From positions 2,848,001 to 2,912,000 of the forward strand of contig OZ243927.1 of the NCBI GenBank assembly GCA_965213925.1: a DNA stretch of 64,000 bases. The letters run 5' to 3'. Under the pieces are notes generated by a model, which had not been told where the DNA came from, ran no database searches, and saw only the letters and a program-made list of their open reading frames with translations. The position numbers and the translations under genes are program-made. The stretch is from Trueperaceae bacterium (GTDB lineage: Bacteria; Deinococcota; Deinococci; Deinococcales; Trueperaceae). Positions 41,319 to 49,644 of the stretch are shown here, piece by piece (the first letter of the stretch is position 1; each line of letters begins with the position of its first letter).

Positions 41319-41806
41319 GCTAGAAAACCTCCGGGTAGCTGTAAGGCTTAGGCAAGACGGCGTCGTTCTGCCTGTTCAATGAGAATGAAAGGATAAAGCT
41401 GCCACACTGAAGCTGCTCAGCTTTTTGAGTAGGCATAGAGGTCCACGATTGTGATATCCGTTTTCTCCAAACTTACTGAACACTGTCTTTCGTTGGCAGA
41501 CCACGGACGTTCTACGTCGTCATAAAAGCACATAAAATTACGTACAGTCAGCCCTATAGCGTTTCTAAAAACGACAGGGGTTGACGTGCGCATTGCTGTG
41601 CCTTGAATGCTAATTCTTAGTTGTTTTTGCAAGCAGGAGCCTTTTCGATTCTACCGCGCTAAAGCTAGAAAAGGGGCGTCTGTCTGACGAACCTCTTAAC
41701 GGGCTACCGCGAAAGACTCTCAGTCGCCTGAGGTGTTGCGCCAAACTTCTACTTTGAAAAGTTCTAAGAGTCTTAGTGTCACCGAATAGACGTCTAGAAC
41801 GGGATT

Positions 41807-41874
41807 GGAACTGACAGTTCCTAAACTGATGTCGGAAGCCAGATCGCCAAAGAAAAATTAGAACCGTCAGTTCC
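41807..41874. promoter_or_regulatory. Paired palindromic operator-like sites
   Basis: GGAACTG-A-CAGTTCC (41807-41821, perfect) and AGAACCG-T-CAGTTCC (41860-41874). Confidence 0.6.
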
Positions 41875-41993
41875 TTCTCAAGCTATAACCGAGTCGGCTA
41901 AAGTCCATGCCAACACGCGCCGGGTTTCGGCTCTATCTCGCCAAAGCCTTGCATCTTGAGCTTCACTTGGACTTTAGGAAAGGAGACTTGGCT

Positions 41994-42334
41994 ATGTCCG
42001 ACAACACGATGGAACCCATCGTCAAACAGGCAGCGTCTCTTCTGGAACTCGTCTTCGACGAGGCGATGCGCCGCGCCAGCGAAAGACACGGGCAGGGCAG
42101 CTCGAGGCTCTCACCGTAGGCGAATCTCTTTGGGTCGAGGGTAGCGAGGCTGTAAAAATTATGGGTGCTGGCTATACCCTGTCTCGCCTCAAGCAGCTCG
42201 GTCACCAATGCGTCATCGTCATGGACAGAAAGGACCCCAACAAGCCCAACAGCCCTTACATCTTCTTGCGTTCGTCGCTCCACGATTACTCGGTGAAACG
42301 CGTCTTCGAACTCGACGAGAGACAAGCACGCTGA
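41994..42334 (+). pseudogene. Excisionase/AlpA-like HTH gene broken by a 5-bp duplication
   Basis: RBS AAGGAG; GGGCA-GGGCA at 42090-42099; removing one copy gives a single ORF with LWVEGSEAVKIMG..YTLSRLKQLG...PYIFLRSSL. Confidence 0.65.
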
Positions 42335-42368
42335 GCGTGCAGACGAAAGCGAGAGAGCGAGGTGCAGG

Positions 42369-43532
42369 GTGATTGACTTGAAAACGTTAAAGACGCGAGT
42401 CGACCTAAGAGCAATAGTTCAAGAAACGCATCTGCTAACGAAGAGTTCGAAGACCTGCTGCCTCTGGCATAATGACACCAACCCGTCGCTCCACATCTAC
42501 CCAGACGGCTATTTCTGTTTTGCCTGTGGTGCTTCGGGTGACCACCTGGACTGGTTGACGGCTACTCGAGCCCTGTCGTTTTCGGAAGCGGTCGAGGTCT
42601 TAGCTCATCACGCCACTACCGTTACTTCCCACTACCCAGTTATACAGGCGGCAAGCCTGGCCGTAACGAAAACAACGTCGTATGAACTTTCCCTAGGAAT
42701 ACCAACTTTTGAGTGGCGCTTACCCTTAAGGCAGCATCAACTCGAGACCCACCAGCGCCGAGTAACTAAACTGACCGAAGTCCCCGAAGCTCTAGCAGGC
42801 CGAGGCTTCACGCTGTCTGATTGCAAACGCCTGGACATCGTCAACGAGAACGGTAACGCCATCTTTCCGGTCATCGGGCCTAGTGGTTTGGCTTTAACTC
42901 TCAAGTGCCGCTACGCGGTTCCAAATCCGCACCGGTACGAATACGTAACACCAGGGCGTGGCACCCCTGCCTGGTGCTCACCCGGCATCCGCCGATCGGA
43001 GACTGTCTTCGTCGTTGAAGGCGAACTTAACGGCATGATGTGCTGGCTGGCCTTGCGAGGTCAGGGTAATCGAATCGGCGTTATGGGCACGGCGGGTACT
43101 AACGGCCTACTTCACCTCGATGTTCTCGAAAACAAAACGTTTTACATCTACGCGGACGGTGATGAAGCAGGTGAAGGAGCGCGGCAACGCTGGGCGAGGC
43201 AGGCGTTTGGTGCGGGTGCAAAAGAGGTGTATGTGCTCGAGCCCTGGCCGATAGACGCTTGCGACATCGCCGGGACCTTCAGCAAAGCAACCTTGCGAAA
43301 ACGTCTAACTTGGAGCCAGAAACAGCGCTTTATTCCCACAGAGTCATTTGGTGCAGTTGGAGCATCCGGTGCAGGAAGGACTGCACTAAAACAAATCCCT
43401 TCCTCATCGGCAAAACCCGATTTGGTGCAGTGGTGCAGTCATAGTAAGGGCGCGCGGCTTTCGAGCGTCCCGAAGCTCCTCCCTAGCTCTCCTCCAACCC
43501 TCACTTTGCAAAGCCGTCATGATGCCGCTTAG
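42369..43532 (+). CDS. CHC2 zinc-finger/TOPRIM primase
   Basis: CCLWHNDTNPS...CFACGASGD; VVEGELN and YADGDEAG TOPRIM motifs. Confidence 0.88.
   Translation: MIDLKTLKTRVDLRAIVQETHLLTKSSKTCCLWHNDTNPSLHIYPDGYFCFACGASGDHLDWLTATRALSFSEAVEVLAHHATTVTSHYPVIQAASLAVTKTTSYELSLGIPTFEWRLPLRQHQLETHQRRVTKLTEVPEALAGRGFTLSDCKRLDIVNENGNAIFPVIGPSGLALTLKCRYAVPNPHRYEYVTPGRGTPAWCSPGIRRSETVFVVEGELNGMMCWLALRGQGNRIGVMGTAGTNGLLHLDVLENKTFYIYADGDEAGEGARQRWARQAFGAGAKEVYVLEPWPIDACDIAGTFSKATLRKRLTWSQKQRFIPTESFGAVGASGAGRTALKQIPSSSAKPDLVQWCSHSKGARLSSVPKLLPSSPPTLTLQSRHDAA
43346..43439. repeat. GGTGCAG iteron-like cluster (candidate origin)
   Basis: ATTTGGTGCAGT at 43346 and 43420, GGTGCAG 43368, TGGTGCAGT 43431, inverted ACTGCACTAAA 43380. 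Confidence 0.7.
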
Positions 43533-44583
43533 CCAAATCAACCTTGAGAGGACCCTGCCCCCGCTCAGGTGGGCAGTCGGTGGGCTCATTTTGCAAGGCT
43601 ACATCAACACGATTGCCAGCTTGCCGGGCGAGGGTAAAACGGCACTTCTAACAGGGCTCGCTTGGCAAGCGTCACGTGAGACTGGGATGTTTCTGAATCG
43701 CCGCGTAGCGCACGGCACGACCCTCTACGTCGACTTCGATGCCCCCGGCGACGGGCGCACCGTGCGCTACTGGCTGGACAAGCACAAGCGCGCCTTTGAC
43801 GATGGTGATATCGGAAAGATAGTGGTGCTCGAGCCCGACCCCAATACTTATGGACTGGCTGAAGGTGAACTCCAAGAACTTACTAAGGTAGCGAAAGAGA
43901 CAGAGGCAAAACTCATCCTCATCGACTCATTCAGCTCGGCTTTCCCGAATGTCGACCCCATCAAGCTCGTTCAGGTTCAAAGCCCGCTCTGGTACCTGCG
44001 CCGTTTGGCAAACGAGACAGGGGCGGCCGTGGTCATCATTGACCACTTACCTAAACCTATCTCGGGTGAGAAGGCGGGAGCGAGGGGCATCATCGGCTCG
44101 GTGGCAAAGTCAGCCCAAGCAAGAGCGGTACACATCTTGTCTCGAGTTCCGCCTAAAGAAGTGGGGGACAGCAACGTCCTCAGGTGGGACACCACCAAGA
44201 TGAGCTACAGCGCCCGGCCGGAACCGATAGGGGTTGAGCTTAAGTTTGATGATGGAGCTGTCTCCATTGAGGTTGTCGACTTACCAGAAGGACAAGGGGA
44301 AACGCGTACCGAGCGGGCTATCCGGGCGATGCAGGATTATCTGGAGACCCATCGTGGGACGGTCGTGCCACATCAAACTCTGATGGAGATAGCGGTCGAA
44401 GAGGCCAACCTGCGCAGGCGCGCCTCGCTAGACGCCACCGGGTTACTCAAAGAGCGCTACGGCGATGAGCTTGTTACCACCTCCTTACCCGGTCGTGGTA
44501 AGCCGCAGGGCTACCGGCTAAAGCTCGAGGACGAGACCACCCCTTCTCTATGTAGTAGACCTCTTGCAAAAGTAGCCTTATAG
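43519..44583 (+). CDS. RecA-fold AAA (AAA_25/RepA-like) helicase, C-terminus cut by IS
   Basis: Walker A SLPGEGKT, Walker B LILIDS, VVIIDH, RGIIGS; last codons lie in the IS end. Confidence 0.85.
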   Translation: MMPLSQINLERTLPPLRWAVGGLILQGYINTIASLPGEGKTALLTGLAWQASRETGMFLNRRVAHGTTLYVDFDAPGDGRTVRYWLDKHKRAFDDGDIGKIVVLEPDPNTYGLAEGELQELTKVAKETEAKLILIDSFSSAFPNVDPIKLVQVQSPLWYLRRLANETGAAVVIIDHLPKPISGEKAGARGIIGSVAKSAQARAVHILSRVPPKEVGDSNVLRWDTTKMSYSARPEPIGVELKFDDGAVSIEVVDLPEGQGETRTERAIRAMQDYLETHRGTVVPHQTLMEIAVEEANLRRRASLDATGLLKERYGDELVTTSLPGRGKPQGYRLKLEDETTPSLCSRPLAKVAL

Positions 44584-45215
44584 CTTCAAAGTAAGGCTAT
44601 GCGATATGAAGAAGTCAAAGGACTAGCACCGGAAGGGTTCAAACGCTTGACAGGGGTAAAGCCGCAGGTGTTTGGCGACATGCTCACAGTGCTGCGAGAG
44701 GCTGAGCAGAGGAAGAAGAAAGCGGGACGCAGCAGCAAGCTCAGCTTGGAGGACAAGTTGCTTTTGGCATTGTCGTATTGGCGTGAGTACCAAACGCAGT
44801 TTCATATAGCGGCGAGTTACGGACTTCACGAGTCCACAGCAAACCGGATTATCGCCAAAGTCGAAGACGTTCTCATTGCTTCAGGCAAGTTTAGCTTACC
44901 TAAACGGCGCGAGGTGGAAGAAACCGAGTGGACCGTCGTGCTTGTGGACGTAACCGAGACACCGATAGAAAAGCCGAAAAAAAGGAGCGACGCTACTTCA
45001 GTGGAAAAAAGCAGCGCCACACTCTGAAGAGTCAAGTGCTTGTGGACGCAAGTGACACGAGGATTCTCTCAACGGCTCACGCGAAAGGTCCCAAACACGA
45101 CTACACGCTGTTCAAAAAGTCTGCGCCGCGCTGTAAGCCCGAAGTCTGGTTCCGTAGGCTTCCGCCAAGGGCGGGAGACGTCGCTGACAGCGGCTACCAG
45201 GGTCTCGCCTCGAGA
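44557..45215 (+). mobile_element. Truncated IS5-family (ISL2/IS702-like) element
   Basis: End AGACCTCTTGCAAAAG; orfA 44599-45027 (FKRLTGV, YWREY, VDVTET); A7 run 44977-44983 shifts to YFSGKKQRHTLKSQ...DSGYQG; then cut, no right end. Confidence 0.88.
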
Positions 45216-46055
45216 CACCTCGGCGGTCACTTCAGCACCTGGGGTGGGAGCGTGCTGACCGATGAGGCGATCGGCTCGAGACCCCTACGCTTTTTCGAGA
45301 CGCTGCTCGTGTACGGGCTGGGTGGTGGCGCATCGCCTCTGCGTATCGCCGTCTCGCTGTGCTGGTTCTCACTTTCGGTTTTAGGGCTGGTAAGTCTACT
45401 CCGAGGGAAGTCCTTTCTTCCTTTAGCTGTGTCGTTTGTCTGGCTCGTACCTTACGCGCTATGGATGTACCTGGGGCATGATGTCGACCTCGCCCGCTAT
45501 CACTTTCCTCTCGTCGCGGGTGCCGTCCTCCTCGCCGGGCTCGGGCTGCCCAAGCAGATGCGAGTGGCGCTACCCGTCATAGGCGTAAGTATCCTCCTCG
45601 TCGGCGTAGTCAGTCTACCCTTAGCGTACCGCCACAGCGTGACGCCCTCGCTGCATCAGCAGGTCGCCAGCTATATCGACCAAAACATGGGCAAAGAGAC
45701 GAGCGCCCTGCTGACGAGCAGTACCGAGCTGCTGCGCTACGCCAAGACCTACGCCAAAGGGCTCTACATCGCGCCTATCGGGGCAGACGCCAAGCTTATC
45801 GAGAGTCGCCTTAGGAGCGTGCAGGGCTGGAAGCCGACTGTGCTCAGCACCTCGTACACGTTGGGGCAGCTGGAGGCGTCAGCAACCGAGGACTGGGTGC
45901 CTATCGCCCGCTTCTGTCAGGACCCTTATTTGCGCTCGCGGGGCGCGTCAGAGTTCGTGCTCTATCAGCATCAGCCAGATGCGCCCGATGTGCCGCTGCC
46001 GGGCTGTGAGTCTCTTTCGGGGCAGCAGGGGGAAATAGCGGCGGGTAAGCGATGA
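45216..46055 (+). pseudogene. 3' part of a multi-TM membrane protein (GT-C-like), fused in frame to the transposase relic
   Basis: After DSGYQGLASRH the ORF becomes hydrophobic, with GHFSTWGG and ARYHFPL loop motifs and a soluble C-domain; junction approximate. Confidence 0.6.
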
Positions 46056-46801
46056 CGCTCTACCTCATGATCCCTTGCTACAACGAAGCAGCGACACTCG
46101 AGGGCGTTCTCCTCGAGCTACCTAGCACAATCCCCGATATCCTACAGCTAAAGGTGCTCGTCGTTGATGACGGTTCTACAGATGAAAGTGCGACTATCGC
46201 TGCGCAGTGTGGGGCAGAGGTGCTGAGACTCGAGCACGTCGGTCTGGCTCAGGCTTACTATGCTGGATTAAGAACAGCCGTGGCTCGAGGGGCGGACTTC
46301 GTCGTCACCCTCGATGCAGATGGGCAATACGACCCAGAAGCGATAGGGAGGATGCTCGAGCCCCTTCTGCAAAACGAGGCGGACATCATCCTAGGCGAGC
46401 GAGGCGAAACCTTCTACAGGCGGCTGAAGCCACGCCGCCGTTTACTGCACCGCTTCGGCGCTTGGGGCGTTCGGCGCGTGACAGGGTTACCTGTTGAGGA
46501 CCCCGTCACAGGCTACCGGGCGTATACGCGAGATGCGATTCAGCGGTTACAGGTCCGCTCACGCTTCACCTACACTCTGGAGATGCTCGTGCAGGTACCC
46601 TTACTCGGGTTACGCCTCGCTTGCATCACGGCTGAGCCGAGACTCCCGACGCGCCCTTCGAAAGTGGTCAAGCATCCGCTCATCTATAGCGCCCGCCAAC
46701 TCCAGACGCTCCTCTGGGCTGCTGTGTACTACCGTTCGACATTACGAGGTATTGAGAACCCTGTAGAGGAACAAGACGAACTCTCGGCGGACTTCGCCTG
46801 A
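46052..46801 (+). CDS. GT2 glycosyltransferase (DPM1/GtrB-like)
   Basis: IPCYNEA, VVDDGSTD, TLDADGQYDP, D..TGYRAY. Confidence 0.9.
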   Translation: MTLYLMIPCYNEAATLEGVLLELPSTIPDILQLKVLVVDDGSTDESATIAAQCGAEVLRLEHVGLAQAYYAGLRTAVARGADFVVTLDADGQYDPEAIGRMLEPLLQNEADIILGERGETFYRRLKPRRRLLHRFGAWGVRRVTGLPVEDPVTGYRAYTRDAIQRLQVRSRFTYTLEMLVQVPLLGLRLACITAEPRLPTRPSKVVKHPLIYSARQLQTLLWAAVYYRSTLRGIENPVEEQDELSADFA

Positions 46802-46802
46802 G

Positions 46803-47468
46803 GTGAAGCGTAGCCTTCCCTGTGTGCGCTTCGGTTTAGCGCTGCTCTTCAGTGCAGCGCTCGCCTTGCTCCTTTGGCATCAAGCGGCGCTACGGGAAGG
46901 CGTCGCGGAGGTGCTCGAGGCGGAGGCGGCAGGTGTCTACGGACCGCTGCTCTTTATCGGACTCTACGCTTGTCGCCCCGTGCTGCTCTTGCCTGCGAGC
47001 TCGCTTACCCTCTCGGCAGGGCTGCTGTTCGGGCTCGGGTGGGGGATTTGTTACACGGTTATCGGCAGCAATTTAGCCGCAGCGGTTGCCTATCTGCTCG
47101 GACGCTACGGCAGTGATCTTTTACCCCGACCCAGAACTCTACCCGAACGCTTGGAGCAGGCGAAAGCGCAGATGCTAACGCGAGGCTTTGTCACCGTACT
47201 TTCCCTACGTCTACTCTTCGTGCCGCACGACCTGGTGAGCTATCTGGCGGGGGGGCTTAAACTACCCTACCTAACCTTCGCGCTGGCGACGCTTTTTGGG
47301 ACGCTACCCGTGACGGTCATCATCGTTTCGATTGGCGTGGCGACGGACACGTTGGTGCTCCGGTATCTTGAAGGCGCGAAGTGGTTGCTTATAGGACTGA
47401 TCGTTGTGACGCTCGGCTTTCTCGCGCTAAAGCGTGTCTCTGGCTTGAAAAGGGTCCAGCGGAGCTAA
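46803..47468 (+). CDS. TVP38/TMEM64 (DedA superfamily) membrane protein
   Basis: LLLPAS.LTL.AG.LFG, AYLLGR, LRLLFVP.DLVSY.AG, F.LATLFG..P. Confidence 0.9.
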   Translation: MKRSLPCVRFGLALLFSAALALLLWHQAALREGVAEVLEAEAAGVYGPLLFIGLYACRPVLLLPASSLTLSAGLLFGLGWGICYTVIGSNLAAAVAYLLGRYGSDLLPRPRTLPERLEQAKAQMLTRGFVTVLSLRLLFVPHDLVSYLAGGLKLPYLTFALATLFGTLPVTVIIVSIGVATDTLVLRYLEGAKWLLIGLIVVTLGFLALKRVSGLKRVQRS

Positions 47469-47568
47469 GGCGTTCGAGCTGGCTCACGCAAAAAATTTAA
47501 GCCTTCAGAGAAGGCATGAGCTTGCAAAGGCAGCACGCTTTTGTTAGATGTTTGTCGGAATCATAGAC

Positions 47569-48288
47569 TCACCGCTGAGCATCCGCCAGAAGCTTAACTA
47601 CACCCATGTAAAAGAGCAGCGCCCTTACCGCTTCTCGCTTGGAGTTGAACCCTACCCCACCGTGCGCCACATGATTGCGCGTGACGTGAGGCGAATCCGA
47701 GCGTCCCGACAGGAGAGCGAAGCAAGCACTGGTCGCCTCAGCCTTGGCGTCACGCACTCTCGGCAAAATGTTGGTTTCACCTTCACGCATCGCAGTAATC
47801 AGTTTGTTCCGGGCGGACACTTCTCCTGCACGCCGGGAATAGGTATTCTTGCCCGTATAGCCCTCGAGACTCCCTATGATGCCCTCTATTTGGGTATAGA
47901 GCGTCGGCGCAACGAGACCATAGCATCCGTGGCAGTAAGCCTTGAGCGCTTGCTCGAAGAGCGCAACCCGCTCCTCTCCGGTTGGCAACTCAAGTGATGT
48001 TAGGTCACGCCGACACCTCTCACTGAGCGGGTTACGCAGCGTGTCGAACCATTCTAAGAGGATCAGCTCCGCACGTTCATGTACTCCCGGCAACTCAGAG
48101 GCGGGCGCGGTGAGCAGCTTCTCTGCGTTATTAATATTGGTGTAGGGCAGGAGTGGTAGGACGAGCCAGCCGTGCGCAGCCCAGTCCCCCACAGCTCTAG
48201 CCGTCAGAAGGTCAATGCCCTCGTATGTAGCTGCGAGCACCGTTCTCAGGATGACAAGACTTTTCTCAGCAACAACCTGCCACTGCAC
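47569..48288 (-). CDS. HEPN-motif hypothetical protein
   Basis: RNHVAHG near C-terminus, upstream QIEGII helix; RBS GAGGTG. Confidence 0.65.
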   Translation of the reverse strand: MQWQVVAEKSLVILRTVLAATYEGIDLLTARAVGDWAAHGWLVLPLLPYTNINNAEKLLTAPASELPGVHERAELILLEWFDTLRNPLSERCRRDLTSLELPTGEERVALFEQALKAYCHGCYGLVAPTLYTQIEGIIGSLEGYTGKNTYSRRAGEVSARNKLITAMREGETNILPRVRDAKAEATSACFALLSGRSDSPHVTRNHVAHGGVGFNSKREAVRALLFYMGVVKLLADAQR

Positions 48289-48412
48289 AGTTCACCTCGA
48301 GGCTAAGTTTAGATGGAGCCGTCTGGTGAGGCGAGTAAATTTTGCACTGCGGACAGTGGGAACCGCTTGTGCTCAGTGAGGGTTTATGCGTGAGATGCGC
48401 GCGTGTCTTGCA

Positions 48413-48520
48413 TAATGGTTCATCCAGCAAGTTCGTTGCAAATCATCTGACGCGCTTTTTTCGTCGCTAGCGAGATTAAGCAATTGGAGAGTGGTGAAGG
48501 ATTAACTGGATGACCCAATA
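48413..48520. mobile_element. IS630-derived MITE (108 bp)
   Basis: TA-bounded IRs TAATGGTTCATCCAGCAA / TAACTGGATGACCCAATA (14/18), same motif as IS630 end at 50695-50714. Confidence 0.7.
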
Positions 48521-48580
48521 AGCGCCGCCTAAAGCAACCGTTTCTAATGCCAAAGACGCCCTTCAGGGCGACGCTTCCCG

Positions 48581-48589
48581 TGGTATACT
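48581..48589 (+). promoter_or_regulatory. Extended -10 promoter of leaderless TA operon
   Basis: TGGTATACT 6 nt before ATG 48596, no RBS. Confidence 0.7.
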
Positions 48590-48595
48590 CGCCAT

Positions 48596-48799
48596 ATGGC
48601 CGTCAAGACATCGATGCTCAGCCCAGCCGAGCTAGAACGCCGCCGTGAGGTTGCTCGCTCTGCTGCTGCCCACCTGCGCCTGGAGGGGCTGGCCCCTTCT
48701 GACGCGGCACAGGTGCTGAAAGCGAAGTGGGTCAGCGGAGAGATAGACAAAAAAACCTGGCTCGTCGAACTCAGAGCCTTGCATAATCTGAGTGAGTGA
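48596..48799 (+). CDS. VbhA/FicA-family antitoxin
   Basis: ERRR..A.SA.AHLRLEGL...WVSGEID; overlaps fic by 8 nt. Confidence 0.88.
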   Translation: MAVKTSMLSPAELERRREVARSAAAHLRLEGLAPSDAAQVLKAKWVSGEIDKKTWLVELRALHNLSE

Positions 48800-49613
48800 C
48801 CCCTACCTTCAGCCGAACGGCACCCTCAAGAACAACCTAGGCGTCACCGATCCGCAAGTGCTCAGCCAGCTCGAAGCGGACTTTACCGACTACCGGCTCG
48901 CAACGGTCGAGGAAGACGGTCCCCAAGGTCTTTTCACCTACGCGCGCTTCAAGGCGACGCATCACTACCTCTTCCAAGATGTCTATGCGTGGGCGGGCGA
49001 GCCGCGCATCACCGAACTTTACAAAGCCGCTCAGATAGGCGGGCCGCTGCACCAGTTCACGCCCATCGCTGAACTCGAGGATGAAGCCGAGCGCATCTTC
49101 ACCTCTCTAGCGGAGGTTGACGAGTACCGAGGCTTAGACCGCCCAACCTTCTCTGTACGAGCCGCCAACCTCCTCAGCGACATCAACCAACTCCACCCCT
49201 TTAGAGAGGGAAACGGGCGCACCCAGCGGTTGTTCGTCGAAGCGCTGGCGAAAGCGGCGGGTCACACCCTCGCCTTCGACGTTGTGAGCCGCGAGCGGAT
49301 GATTCTAGCGAGCATCGAAGCCTCGCGAGGGCAGCGCGACATGATGCGGCGGCTCGTGAACGAGATCAGCGACCCCAAGCGTGTCGCTCCGATGCGAGAG
49401 GCGATCTCCTTTCTCGAGTCCGAGTCCTTTAACTGGAACGAGCGCTACCTCGCCACGACCGAGCCGGGGCGACTCTACGAAGGCACCTTTGTAGGACAGG
49501 GCGGCGAACACTTCATGATGCATGACGGGGAGAAGCTTCTCGTGGGCAAGGTGAGTGACCTCAACACGGTGCCTGAGAGCGGGGCGGCAGTTCGGTTTCG
49601 GTCTAGCAGCTAG
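48792..49613 (+). CDS. FIC-domain toxin with C-terminal OB-fold-like domain
   Basis: DPY...GTLKNNLG, HHYLFQDVY.WAG..R, canonical HPFREGNGRTQR; beta-rich tail. Confidence 0.92.
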   Translation: MSDPYLQPNGTLKNNLGVTDPQVLSQLEADFTDYRLATVEEDGPQGLFTYARFKATHHYLFQDVYAWAGEPRITELYKAAQIGGPLHQFTPIAELEDEAERIFTSLAEVDEYRGLDRPTFSVRAANLLSDINQLHPFREGNGRTQRLFVEALAKAAGHTLAFDVVSRERMILASIEASRGQRDMMRRLVNEISDPKRVAPMREAISFLESESFNWNERYLATTEPGRLYEGTFVGQGGEHFMMHDGEKLLVGKVSDLNTVPESGAAVRFRSSS

Positions 49614-49644
49614 AGCGTTGTATAGAGCAAAAAACTCTGAGCTT

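Noticed and set aside
41417..41632. Element repressor gene
   Set aside because: No HTH pattern and weak start
41807..41874. LexA (Cheo) box
   Set aside because: Spacing is GAAC-N5-GTTC, not N4
44928..46055. A single novel 375-aa transposase-membrane fusion protein
   Set aside because: Explained by truncated IS5 orfB joined to a decapitated gene; lacks the final catalytic Glu region
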